This document shows positions 1 to 7,816 of a DNA stretch of 64,000 nt, piece after piece; positions within the stretch are counted from its first letter, which is position 1; each line of letters opens with the position of its first letter. A program made the position numbers and the translations under genes. The stretch covers positions 133,057-197,056 of the forward strand of contig DASZAJ010000002.1 of NCBI GenBank assembly GCA_035945215.1, read 5' to 3'. The notes under the pieces were generated by a model that was given only the letters and a program-made list of their open reading frames with translations, ran no database searches and had not been told where the DNA came from. Origin of the DNA: Thermoplasmata archaeon. GTDB lineage: Archaea; Thermoplasmatota; Thermoplasmata; Lutacidiplasmatales; UBA184.

Positions 1-875
1 AGTTTCTGCTTGTTCGATTCGCTTAGGTATCCGACCATCTTGAAATTGCGCTCGGTCCCCGAATCCCGGATCAGTTTCTCGATTCGGCGAAGCACTTTGC
101 GTGAGTATGAATGACCACCGATTACGAGGCAGGCGTCTGGATGTTCCTTGACAACTTGAATCCAGGATTCGACCAAGTCATAAATCCCCTTTCTTTGATC
201 GAGTGCGCCGACATACGCCGCATCGATATCCCGGACTTGGTTCTCCGCCGGGGGAACGAGCACTTCCGGAAGGAAGGCCCAATCCTCGAGCACCCCTTGA
301 GGAAATCTCCAGGGGCTCCCATTCAGAAGTTCTAGTTGATCAACCGAAGGAAGCATTTCCCCGAGTTTGATAAGAAGGAATGCGAATTGGGTTAGGCCCC
401 AGTTCACGAGGTGACGTAGGATTGGTCCCCGGCGGAAAGTACACCACCAAGGTGGGGGCGGGACCACGTGGAGATAGACGACAATCCTGGCTCCAAGCTT
501 TCTGTGAAGGTAGAAGCCGGCGAGGACGTCAGCTGGAAACGATGAGAACGGGAGGACAAGGGCAGGCCCCTCAGCTGGTGTATTCTTGCGGACGAATTCA
601 AGGAGCAATCTCCGTTGAATCCAAAAATTCTCGAAATACTCTCTGAACGTGCCTATCGGATCCCCTTGACTGATAAGACCCGCTGACGGCAGTATCTCAA
701 CATGCTGAATGTCCTTGTAGATAGCCCCCCCGTGGTCGTAGGCATTGGTGAGAAGCCAGACCTGCGCTCCTGCTTCAGACCAATACTTGGCCAACTCCGC
801 AAAGTGGTATGTCCCGCCGCCGGTTACACCCGAGGCGGAGACCCCCCACACGGACTGTAGTAGGAATATTCTCAC
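1..875 (-). CDS. Glycosyltransferase family 4 (GT-B fold), 3' end runs off the window; GTG start at 875
   Basis: I translated the minus strand manually. It gives one uninterrupted frame 'VRIFLLQSVWGVSASGVTGGGTYHFAELAKYWSEAGAQVWLLTNAYD...DIDAAYVGALDQRKGIYDLVESWIQVVKEHPDACLVIGGHSYSRKVLRRIEKLIRDSGTERNFKMVGYLSE'. These are the classic GT4 N-terminal (GGxxxxxxELAxxL) and C-terminal (Glycos_transf_1) motifs. The ORF track lacks it because the frame is open to the window edge. The short ORFs 111..335, 122..322, 380..646, 404..601 and 745..1056 lie out of frame inside it. Confidence 0.75.
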   Translation of the reverse strand, partial: MRIFLLQSVWGVSASGVTGGGTYHFAELAKYWSEAGAQVWLLTNAYDHGGAIYKDIQHVEILPSAGLISQGDPIGTFREYFENFWIQRRLLLEFVRKNTPAEGPALVLPFSSFPADVLAGFYLHRKLGARIVVYLHVVPPPPWWCTFRRGPILRHLVNWGLTQFAFLLIKLGEMLPSVDQLELLNGSPWRFPQGVLEDWAFLPEVLVPPAENQVRDIDAAYVGALDQRKGIYDLVESWIQVVKEHPDACLVIGGHSYSRKVLRRIEKLIRDSGTERNFKMVGYLSESNKQK

Positions 876-1423
876 GTTGGCCCCTTCAGGGCGTACTCAG
901 TTCGAGCATGAAATGTGTTCTCCCGATTGGAGGCGGCTTAAAGCTGCTGCAAATCATGGCATCTTTAGCGATTTCAAGAACGATGTAGCAGCGCCGCCCG
1001 GATGGTCCGAGAAAAACGATTCGAATAGTTGCCACGAAGTAAGTTTCAAGCTCTAGGGCACGTCAGATTTCTTGGACAAGGCTCTCGAGCCAGCTGAGGG
1101 CCCGCCCGTTTTCAAAGTGCCCTCAGCATAGGTCCAAGAACGGTTGGACCTCAGGAAGAGCTTCATGCCGCCAACGGAAGAGCTCCACCCACCTTCACTT
1201 GCGGGCAAGGGGACCTGGTCGCCTCCCATCGATCGACCCTTTCGGGAACCCCAGGGGCCCGACCGCAAAGGACGGAACCCGCCGACCCTTTCCTGATCGG
1301 ACTCGCTCGTGGGGTCGAGGAGATGGAGCCGAAGCCGTGGACCCCGAAGTTCGAGGACCCGGACGAGCAGACGGCGGGGGAGGTGGCGGAGAGCTTGGAA
1401 GGTGGCGTCCTTATTCATCGCTG

Positions 1424-2494
1424 ATGCGGGCTCCTCGAAGCGTAGGATTATCGTGTGCGCGCGGCCCTGCCCCCCATATGGGAGCAGCCCGGATTCTGCA
1501 CCGGCTAGGATTGGCGCGTTGCTGTGTGGGAATGGGCGTTCCCAATCTTGCGACGCCAACGTACTTCCCTGCGGTTTCATCGACGTGCTCTCTTGGTCCT
1601 CCAGAGGAGTTCATCCGTCTCCTGACCGAGGCGGCTTATCCCAGGGCCCTCGTGTCCGCCTACGACTGCAAGCATCGAATCGACGGCGGCCTCTCCAAGG
1701 CGGCGGCGCTCCTTGCAGGCCTCAAGGGCGCCGGATGCACCGTCCTCCTAGACAGCGGCCTCTTCGAATGCCAAGTCCTCGGAATCGAGGACTGGTCCGC
1801 CGATGACCATGCGGAGGTCGCCAGGGCACTCCATCCCGATCTCCTTCTATCGTACGATGGTCCCCTCCCGGCGTCCAGCGCGCGACGGGAGCCCTCAGAT
1901 GGGAAGGGACAGGGCGATCCAGGTTCGAGCCGCCTACTGCGAATTATCCACGGAAGGGACAGGCAAGCGATTGTCAGTGGGGCGCGCCAGGCGGCGAGCG
2001 AAGGCGCCTCTGTCGGCATTGCGATTCCAGACCGCGAGTGCGGCCCCACCCTGCTCGAACGCACGCGGACAGTCTGTGCGATTCGGCGCGCACTAGATCA
2101 CTCTGACGAACTTCTGATGCTCCACATTCTCGGCTGCGGAAACCCGGTGGTCATGTCAGTCTACGCTCTCGCCGGTGCCGACTCATTCGATAGCTTGGAC
2201 TGGGTCCAGGGAGCAGTTGATATCCGGACCCTGACAGTAACCGACCCTGTTCTCCTCCCCAGCACGCGGTGCAAGTGCCGGATCTGCGTCGACCTTCCCG
2301 GACCTGACCGACAGCGAGCTGTTCTGCACAACCTTCTGTTCTACCAGGACTTTGGAACGCGACTTCGGGGAATGATCCGCGACCGGACAGTCTCCGACTT
2401 CCTCCAGGAGCTTGTGGGAAAGGAACGAACCGCCCAGCTCGTGGAAACGGCCAACGAAGGAGACGCCAGGGAGCGAGGCGCCCGTGCAGGATAA
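1424..2494 (+). CDS. tRNA-guanine transglycosylase (TGT) family protein, catalytic domain only, no PUA domain; DpdA/Cap10-like. The start is uncertain: ATG at 1424 or 1478, and the track start at 1199 adds a low-complexity extension that is probably not coding.
   Basis: TGT signature motifs are present in order. 'ATPTYFPAVSS' matches TPxFMPVGT. 'LLSYDGPL' follows. 'LHILGCGNPVVM' matches the LMGVGxP motif. 'GADSFDS' matches the GxDMFDC motif. A Zn site 'CKCRIC...H' matches CxCxxC...H. Confidence 0.8.
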   Translation: MRAPRSVGLSCARGPAPHMGAARILHRLGLARCCVGMGVPNLATPTYFPAVSSTCSLGPPEEFIRLLTEAAYPRALVSAYDCKHRIDGGLSKAAALLAGLKGAGCTVLLDSGLFECQVLGIEDWSADDHAEVARALHPDLLLSYDGPLPASSARREPSDGKGQGDPGSSRLLRIIHGRDRQAIVSGARQAASEGASVGIAIPDRECGPTLLERTRTVCAIRRALDHSDELLMLHILGCGNPVVMSVYALAGADSFDSLDWVQGAVDIRTLTVTDPVLLPSTRCKCRICVDLPGPDRQRAVLHNLLFYQDFGTRLRGMIRDRTVSDFLQELVGKERTAQLVETANEGDARERGARAG

Positions 2495-3179
2495 CGCGCG
2501 GTACTCATGCTCTACCCGCACCTTCCTGCCCCTGGGGGTTCTTTCGCGTTACCGTAGAGCTGCCCATACTGTCGAGAGGGCAAGTCGGCACGGGAAGCTA
2601 TCCGAGAGGCGCGCATGGCGGGAATTGTGTTTCTGCTTGATATCGCCGATGACCCGCTTCGAGGCGGTAGGCGCTTGCCTCGAACGACTCTCGAGGCGCG
2701 GAATCCTCGACCGCCTCTCATCGACTCCCGCAAGCGTGGGAGTCGATGAAATTCGCGCAGTCCTGTCGATTGGGCCAGGCTCGTGCCGATTCGCGAACCA
2801 AAAGGCTCTTCGACTTTCGGGGGCAGGTCTTTTCTTTTACGACGGTTCCCGTCGCGGAGGGATCCTTGGTTTCTTGGATCGATACTCGAACCCGAAAGAG
2901 GCCCGAGCAGCCTTGGCCATGAGCGTTCCCGGTCTTGGCATCAAGGAGGCGTCACACTTCCTCCGGAACGTTGGCAGGGGAAGCGATATCGCGGTGCTCG
3001 ACGTTCACCTACGCCGGTTCCTGGCCGAAAGTGGCATGGTTGGACCGAGAATCGCCTTTTCCGGGTCCCCTTCCAGCTACGCTTCGATTGAGGGTGCGTA
3101 CACCTCGCTCGCGTTCCATTCGGGGCTGGACACCGCAGCGCTTGACCTCGCGATCTGGGAATACATGAGAGAGCGGTGA
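2484..3179 (+). CDS. Ogg2-family 8-oxoguanine DNA glycosylase / N-glycosylase-DNA lyase (HhH-GPD superfamily); Cap11/OGG-like in this context
   Basis: 'WRELCFCLISPM' matches the archaeal Ogg2 'ELCFCILTAN' block. 'GLGIKEASHFLRNVGRGSDIAVLDVHLRRFL' matches the Ogg2 HhH-GPD block 'GIGYKEASHFLRNVG..DVAIIDRHIL'. There is no ATG, GTG or TTG in frame after the TGT stop, so the start is inferred at GTG 2484 with an 11-nt overlap with the upstream gene. The track's ATG at 2412 is the alternative. Confidence 0.85.
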   Translation: MQDNARYSCSTRTFLPLGVLSRYRRAAHTVERASRHGKLSERRAWRELCFCLISPMTRFEAVGACLERLSRRGILDRLSSTPASVGVDEIRAVLSIGPGSCRFANQKALRLSGAGLFFYDGSRRGGILGFLDRYSNPKEARAALAMSVPGLGIKEASHFLRNVGRGSDIAVLDVHLRRFLAESGMVGPRIAFSGSPSSYASIEGAYTSLAFHSGLDTAALDLAIWEYMRER

Positions 3180-3182
3180 AAC

Positions 3183-3833
3183 TTGAAGACCGTTGTCCTC
3201 GCTTCAGGTGGTCTCGACTCTTCGATCTTGCTGTTTCTGCTCAAGCGAGAGCATGTTGACGTCCTACCGGTGCACGTCGACTACGGGCAGCTGGCGGAGA
3301 AACAGGAGTGGTCCTCACTGCGACGATTCTGCCGTAAGGCAAAGCTCCCAAACCCGATAAGGGTGAACGCGACGGGGTTGAGGAAGGTCCCCAGCGGTCT
3401 CACTCGAAAGGGCAACCGATGGGCAAGAGACCCCTTTTTCCCGGCACGGAATATGGTCTTAGTGTCGATAGGGGGTGCTATTGGCCATCCCGTTGGCGCT
3501 CGTGCGGTCGCTCTCGGCCTTGTCGCAAACGCACTCTACCCGGACCAGACAAAGGACTTTGTCCGCCGTGCTCAGGGCGCCCTTTCTGAGAGCCTTGGAG
3601 GCAAGATGCTGGTCCTCGCCCCCTTGCTGACCTTGTCTAAGTCGGAGGTTGCTGCTCTCGGCCTGAGCATGGGGGCGCCTATTGGACTTACGTATTCGTG
3701 CCAGCGAGGGGAGCATCGACCATGCAACCACTGTTCGAGTTGCGCTGACCGAGCGCGCGCTGTCAGCGAGGCCACACGCCTTCGTGGAGGATCAAGCCGA
3801 GTTCGGCACGCGACCAGGAGGATGAAGGCATAG
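3183..3833 (+). CDS. queC: 7-cyano-7-deazaguanine (preQ0) synthase QueC; Cap9-like in this context
   Basis: The N-terminal PP-loop 'KTVVLASGGLDSSILLFLL' matches the QueC SGGxDS motif. The C-terminal Zn cluster is 'CQRGEHRPCNHCSSCADRARA'. The TTG start lies 4 nt after the Ogg2 stop, and the stop overlaps the next gene's start. Confidence 0.85.
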   Translation: MKTVVLASGGLDSSILLFLLKREHVDVLPVHVDYGQLAEKQEWSSLRRFCRKAKLPNPIRVNATGLRKVPSGLTRKGNRWARDPFFPARNMVLVSIGGAIGHPVGARAVALGLVANALYPDQTKDFVRRAQGALSESLGGKMLVLAPLLTLSKSEVAALGLSMGAPIGLTYSCQRGEHRPCNHCSSCADRARAVSEATRLRGGSSRVRHATRRMKA

Positions 3834-4336
3834 TGGGCGGAAGTGGAGGAGGCGGGGGATACGGCGGGGGAGGACCGCTAGTTCCATCGGAAAGCCTGAG
3901 GGTCTTCAAGACTGGCTTAGAAGAGACCCGGGCAACTGAGGGCGGCCCCCCAAGAACTCGAAATGTCTTCATCAGTTTCCACGTGGCAGACGAAGCGCAA
4001 GTCAATCTGCTTCGATCTCAGGCAAGAGACTCTGATTTCGGAATGGAGTTTCGAGACTACTCGGTTAATGAGCCCTTTGACGAAGCTTGGAAGGCAAATT
4101 GTCGAGAGCGAATTAGCTTGACCTCGATGACCATCTGTATGATAGGACCTGAGACTGCGACGCGAGAAGCGGTCATCTGGGAGTTGGAAGAGAGCTTCCG
4201 ACAAGGCAAGAAGGTCATTGGCGTCAGAATCTTCCGCGACCGAAACGACCCGATCCCAGCACCGCTTTCGGAACATGGCGCCCCAATCTTGTACTGGAAT
4301 CGGGATGAGATTCGAAGGCACTTGGACTCGGGATAA
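3833..4336 (+). CDS. TIR-like domain protein (DUF1863 / ThsB-like) with a Gly-rich N-terminal tail
   Basis: 'RNVFISFHVADEAQVNLLRSQ...SMTICMIGPETATREAVIWELEESFRQGKKVIGVRI' resembles TIR-like DUF1863 proteins (the xVFISYshxD opening plus the conserved downstream block). The GTG start overlaps the queC stop. The first 15 residues are 'MGGSGGGGGYGGGGP'. The start codon is uncertain. Confidence 0.6.
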   Translation: MGGSGGGGGYGGGGPLVPSESLRVFKTGLEETRATEGGPPRTRNVFISFHVADEAQVNLLRSQARDSDFGMEFRDYSVNEPFDEAWKANCRERISLTSMTICMIGPETATREAVIWELEESFRQGKKVIGVRIFRDRNDPIPAPLSEHGAPILYWNRDEIRRHLDSG

Positions 4337-4339
4337 GCA

Positions 4340-4870
4340 ATGACGGCAAGCGGACCCTCAGACGGACGAGACCAGCTCTTCCACGTCACACCGGCTGAGT
4401 ACGGGTCCGATTACCGGGAGCACCTGCTGAAACAGTACCGTCTTGCGGTCGAACGGGCGGACGCGGTGAGCGACCGACGGGCCACCATGAACGAGTACTA
4501 CCTCGTGCTTACCTCGGTAATCCTCTCGGTAGCCGGCATCGGGGTCGGAGGGGCATTTGTTGGTTCGCCCGTCATTCCTCCGAGGCTCGCTCCTTGGGTG
4601 AGCCTAGTAGGGGTGATTGTTACCTCATCGTGGCTTGCCGCGATCTACGCCTCCAACCAGTTGAATCGGGCGAAGTTCCACGTGATAAACCGGCTGGAGG
4701 AGCGACTACCGGCAGCAGTATTCTCGGTCGAATGGAACTTCCGCACATCAGGTTCCGAAATCGCGCAGGCAGGCGGGGGGCGCATATACACTTCGAGTAC
4801 GGTTGTCGAGTCAATCGTGCCGGCAGCCCTTCTGCTCTTGTTCGTCGGCCTCACTCTATACCTCATTTGA
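4340..4870 (+). CDS. SLATT-like 2TM effector protein (predicted membrane protein)
   Basis: An N-terminal helix 'EYGSDYREHLLKQYRLAVERADAVSDRRATMNEYYLVLTSVIL' is followed by two closely spaced hydrophobic helices and a third C-terminal helix. This matches the SLATT architecture, which is known to pair with TIR/SMODS. It starts 3 nt after the TIR-like gene. Confidence 0.55.
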   Translation: MTASGPSDGRDQLFHVTPAEYGSDYREHLLKQYRLAVERADAVSDRRATMNEYYLVLTSVILSVAGIGVGGAFVGSPVIPPRLAPWVSLVGVIVTSSWLAAIYASNQLNRAKFHVINRLEERLPAAVFSVEWNFRTSGSEIAQAGGGRIYTSSTVVESIVPAALLLLFVGLTLYLI

Positions 4871-4893
4871 ATGGGGGCGCACGGGAGCCGCGG

Positions 4894-5562
4894 ATGCTTC
4901 TGGTCCGGGAAATGCCAGACTCACGACAGCCGGGGTCGAAAGGAATCGAGAATCGAGCGGAAGTCCTGACGACCTTCATGATCGAGCTTCGGGAGCAGTG
5001 CGCCCAAGCCCTTACAGCATTTGCTGAACTACGTGGCCTAATCGGGCAGGACCCACCGCTCGATGACGAGGGCCGGCGCTTCTGGAACCGGAGAGTATGG
5101 CTCCGCATCCACGGAGTACTTGCCGCGGGTACCGCCGTTTCGAACATCCTGTGGCCGAACCCGGCAAATTCGCAAGGGGGGAAGGTAGCCAATCGGGCAC
5201 TGGGCCGGGCGACAGCGCTCAGAGTGGCACTTTCAATAGAGGGGTCGCCTCCCCGTGCTGCGATACGGGCGAGGAACGCGTTTGCACACGTTGACGAACG
5301 ACTCGACGAGTGGCTCGAAGGCTCTCCCCGTGAGCTGCCCATGGGGTGGGTGATCTCGAGCCTTGACGAATTTGATGAACCCTCCTGGGGACGAAACGCC
5401 TTTCGCTACTACCACGCGAATCGGAGAGAACTGCGAATCGGCCGCGAAAGCTGTTCACTGACCGAGCTGGTTTCGTGGATCGAGTCGATAGACGACCACC
5501 TACCCCATGAAGCCACGATGGTTTTCAAGAGATACGACGGCGGCGGCCCCCCGGAACTCTGA
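4894..5562 (+). CDS. Hypothetical protein with Rx4H motif (possible HEPN-like RNase domain)
   Basis: ATG at 4894 sits directly after the SLATT stop; the track ORF 4594..5562 carries an out-of-frame-overlap extension. 'RARNAFAHVDERLDEW' contains R-x4-H. I recognise no other family. Confidence 0.4.
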   Translation: MLLVREMPDSRQPGSKGIENRAEVLTTFMIELREQCAQALTAFAELRGLIGQDPPLDDEGRRFWNRRVWLRIHGVLAAGTAVSNILWPNPANSQGGKVANRALGRATALRVALSIEGSPPRAAIRARNAFAHVDERLDEWLEGSPRELPMGWVISSLDEFDEPSWGRNAFRYYHANRRELRIGRESCSLTELVSWIESIDDHLPHEATMVFKRYDGGGPPEL

Positions 5563-6042
5563 AACGGGCCCTTTCGTGGGTTCGGAGAGGGGAGAGGGGT
5601 CACGAGGTCGGTGCCCCTTGGGATCCCAACCTTCGCGGGCAAGGAGTGGGGCACCCCCTCTCGGACGGGCGAGGTTCGGAGAAGGGGATGCCCCCCTCCA
5701 AATCGTGCGGCGGGAAGAATTTGAACAGAAGTGAGTCCAAGAAGGTGTAGACCTACTCTCCGATCGGATCCAATGAGCAGGGTTCGATAACCTTCCTAGG
5801 CCAGTGACTCCGCGGACGGGCCAATCCAACAGTACACCGAAGTTAGCCCGCCGGATGGCGGAATCGAACCTGACAACGGACTCGATCCTCGAGCTACTTG
5901 AGAACCGGGAGTCTGACGACCCGATTCGTCTTGAAGACCCCGGCTCTAGGCCGGCACTTGTTCTCTACTTCCACGCCCATTGGACGATCGGGGATTCGGC
6001 TCAGAGGATCCGGCTCCCGGAGCCCGGTTCATCCCCAGGTCA

Positions 6043-6759
6043 TCACGGAATGGCCTCAGAAACTACACCCGAAAATGGGCCCACTCCAATCAGCACGAAC
6101 GAGTATCCGTCCCCGGAAAGGGAGGGCGTTGACGAAAGCACAGGTACGAAGATGAACTGGTCTCCGACGGAAAGTGGCGAAGAGAGGGCGGAATTGTTGC
6201 AGCGTCCGGACATTGGGGGTGGCTTCCAGTAGCCGGACGATGTCCCCTCAAAGCTCCAAACCGAAATAGTACAACCGCTCGGAGCTTCTATCGACACGTT
6301 GGCCAAGAGACCGGCGAGCAAGGCCCCACTCGAATTCACCAACCCGGTATTGATGTCCTGAGGAGAAACCCCGCTATCCGCGGCCAGGGTCTCAACCCGA
6401 TATTGGCACCCCCGGGCCACGTTAGCCCCCCCGCTACATTGGTGGGTCACGTTTCCGACCGCCAAGGCGCTCCCCAGAGGCGTATTTCCAGGGCAATGGG
6501 AGCACGGGTAGCCTCCCCCGAGCGGAAGGATCCCCCAGACGAATAGGAGGGGTGCTACTACCCCGAGAACGATAACCGCGGCGAGGATCGCATCCCTCAC
6601 CGGCTGTGGGGTCGGGGGTGGGGGAAACGAGAATTGGTATGGATACGGGCCGGGTGGAGGAGGAGGCGGTGGGGCGGCGAGGGGCTGTGTGGGCACAGGT
6701 TCGAGGAGACCTGCGAAAACTCCCATGGTTGAATGATATCTGGCCTCCCTCTCAAGCAC
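6043..6759 (-). CDS. Hypothetical membrane protein (Pro-rich N-terminus, one TM, Cys-rich extracellular part)
   Basis: 'PPPPPPPGPYPYQFSFPPPP' followed by TM 'AILAAVIVLGVVAPLLFVWGILPL', then a Cys- and NxS/T-rich region. The overlapping plus-strand ORF 5804..6232 is compositionally less protein-like. Confidence 0.35.
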   Translation of the reverse strand: MLEREARYHSTMGVFAGLLEPVPTQPLAAPPPPPPPGPYPYQFSFPPPPTPQPVRDAILAAVIVLGVVAPLLFVWGILPLGGGYPCSHCPGNTPLGSALAVGNVTHQCSGGANVARGCQYRVETLAADSGVSPQDINTGLVNSSGALLAGLLANVSIEAPSGCTISVWSFEGTSSGYWKPPPMSGRCNNSALSSPLSVGDQFIFVPVLSSTPSLSGDGYSFVLIGVGPFSGVVSEAIP

Positions 6760-6924
6760 TTGGGTGGACCTCTCGTTCGACCTTCAGTTAGGGAATCAGC
6801 AGTACTTTGGCTCCATGCATTCGTTGAACTTCCGAACGAAGCTAGCGCCTCGTGAGCCGCCGAAAGCTGAGTCTGTCCAAGAGTGGATGGACAGAGCTCA
6901 GTTCGCCATTATCCCCGGTCCCAG

Positions 6925-7263
6925 TCAGTGGCTGGCCTCCCCCTTCGGGAACTTCGCTCGCTTGAGCGTTGAGACAACGCGAGGCAGGTCATCTCGGATG
7001 AATTGCCAAAGGTCCTCCGGATCCACAGCCTCGTACTCATGAATCACAATTGTCCGGAACGCCCGAACCAGTTGCCACAGCGAACGGTAGCGAGACTTGA
7101 ACCCCGGACTAAGCTTGTCTGCCGATTCCGCGAAGAATATCGACCTGAGGTGAACTCGCTCAACGGCAATCGGGTCGGACCGGAACTTGCCTTGCTGGGC
7201 AAGATCGGCGAGTTCTCGGGCCAGCCCAATCATCCGTTCGGTCAATTCACGGTCTCGATTCAA
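6925..7263 (-). CDS. HepT-like (DUF86, HEPN) toxin of a MntA/HepT module
   Basis: 'RTIVIHEYEAVDPEDLWQFIRDDLP' is the DUF86 Rx4HxY motif. It overlaps the upstream NTase gene by 4 nt. Confidence 0.7.
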   Translation of the reverse strand: MNRDRELTERMIGLARELADLAQQGKFRSDPIAVERVHLRSIFFAESADKLSPGFKSRYRSLWQLVRAFRTIVIHEYEAVDPEDLWQFIRDDLPRVVSTLKRAKFPKGEASH

Positions 7264-7688
7264 AGAGGCACCGCCTCTCTAAGCACGGCAGGGGCGACCG
7301 ACCAGCGCAGTCGGCTGGGGGAGACCACATCGACGTCTCTATTCAAGAGTACCGAGAGCGCAACCTGCAGGTGCAGCCGGTTTGAAGGGCCAATCCAATC
7401 CACAAGAAGATCGACGTCGGATTTGGCGTGGGCCTCTCGCCTGCGGACCGATCCGAAAACCCGGACGTTCCGGGCGCCATAACGTTGCGCGATCCGAAGT
7501 ATCTCCCCCCGGTGCGGCGCCAAAACTTCGTCGATTCCGTGCCCGTGACCGAGCTCGAGGGGTCGATCCCTCGGCACTGAATAGAGTCTTGACTTGCAGC
7601 GCGGGCACATTCCCGGCCGACGTCGGCGCGCTTGCCATGTGTAGATGCATCGGTAACAATGAATCAGGCGTACTCGACGCTTCGTCAT
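7260..7688 (-). CDS. MntA-like minimal nucleotidyltransferase with an N-terminal zinc ribbon
   Basis: 'VRVFGSVRRREAHAKSDVDLLVD' is the GSxxRG...DxD minimal-NTase motif. It is preceded by 'HCYRCIYTW...CPRCKS' (CxxC...CxxC). Confidence 0.7.
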   Translation of the reverse strand: MTKRRVRLIHCYRCIYTWQARRRRPGMCPRCKSRLYSVPRDRPLELGHGHGIDEVLAPHRGEILRIAQRYGARNVRVFGSVRRREAHAKSDVDLLVDWIGPSNRLHLQVALSVLLNRDVDVVSPSRLRWSVAPAVLREAVPL

Positions 7689-7816
7689 TCCAGCTGTACG
7701 GTCTGGTGCCCTGGAACTTACTTATCGCTATCGGCGGAACTCGGCGCGGCGGGTGATGGCCAATAGTGGGTCTGAGAGCGTTTGGATCGAGGTCCTCAGG
7801 TCATTCTCTTGGTCGC

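Noticed and set aside
1199-1423. N-terminal 75-93 residues of the TGT-like ORF (the track starts at 1199)
   Set aside because: They are a Gly/Arg/Pro low-complexity stretch lacking TGT homology. The conserved TGT N-terminal motif begins after M76/M94, so the start was moved to 1424 (or 1478).
5700-5800. Second T-loop-like motif 'GGGAAGAATTTGAAC' and 'GGGTTCGATAACC' in the 5562-6043 intergenic region
   Set aside because: No cloverleaf can be built around either. This region is more likely promoter/UTR sequence.
5836-5925. tRNA-like T-loop sequence 'GGCGGAATCGAACC' (reverse complement GGTTCGATTCCGCC), which would suit an integrase att site
   Set aside because: The flanking sequence does not form a T-stem or acceptor stem when folded by hand. 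It is probably a chance match in GC-rich DNA. I could not confirm any tRNA in the window.
5804-6232. 142-aa plus-strand ORF
   Set aside because: It overlaps the more protein-like minus-strand membrane-protein ORF 6043-6759 and has no recognisable features. Both calls are weak, and I kept only the minus-strand one at low confidence.
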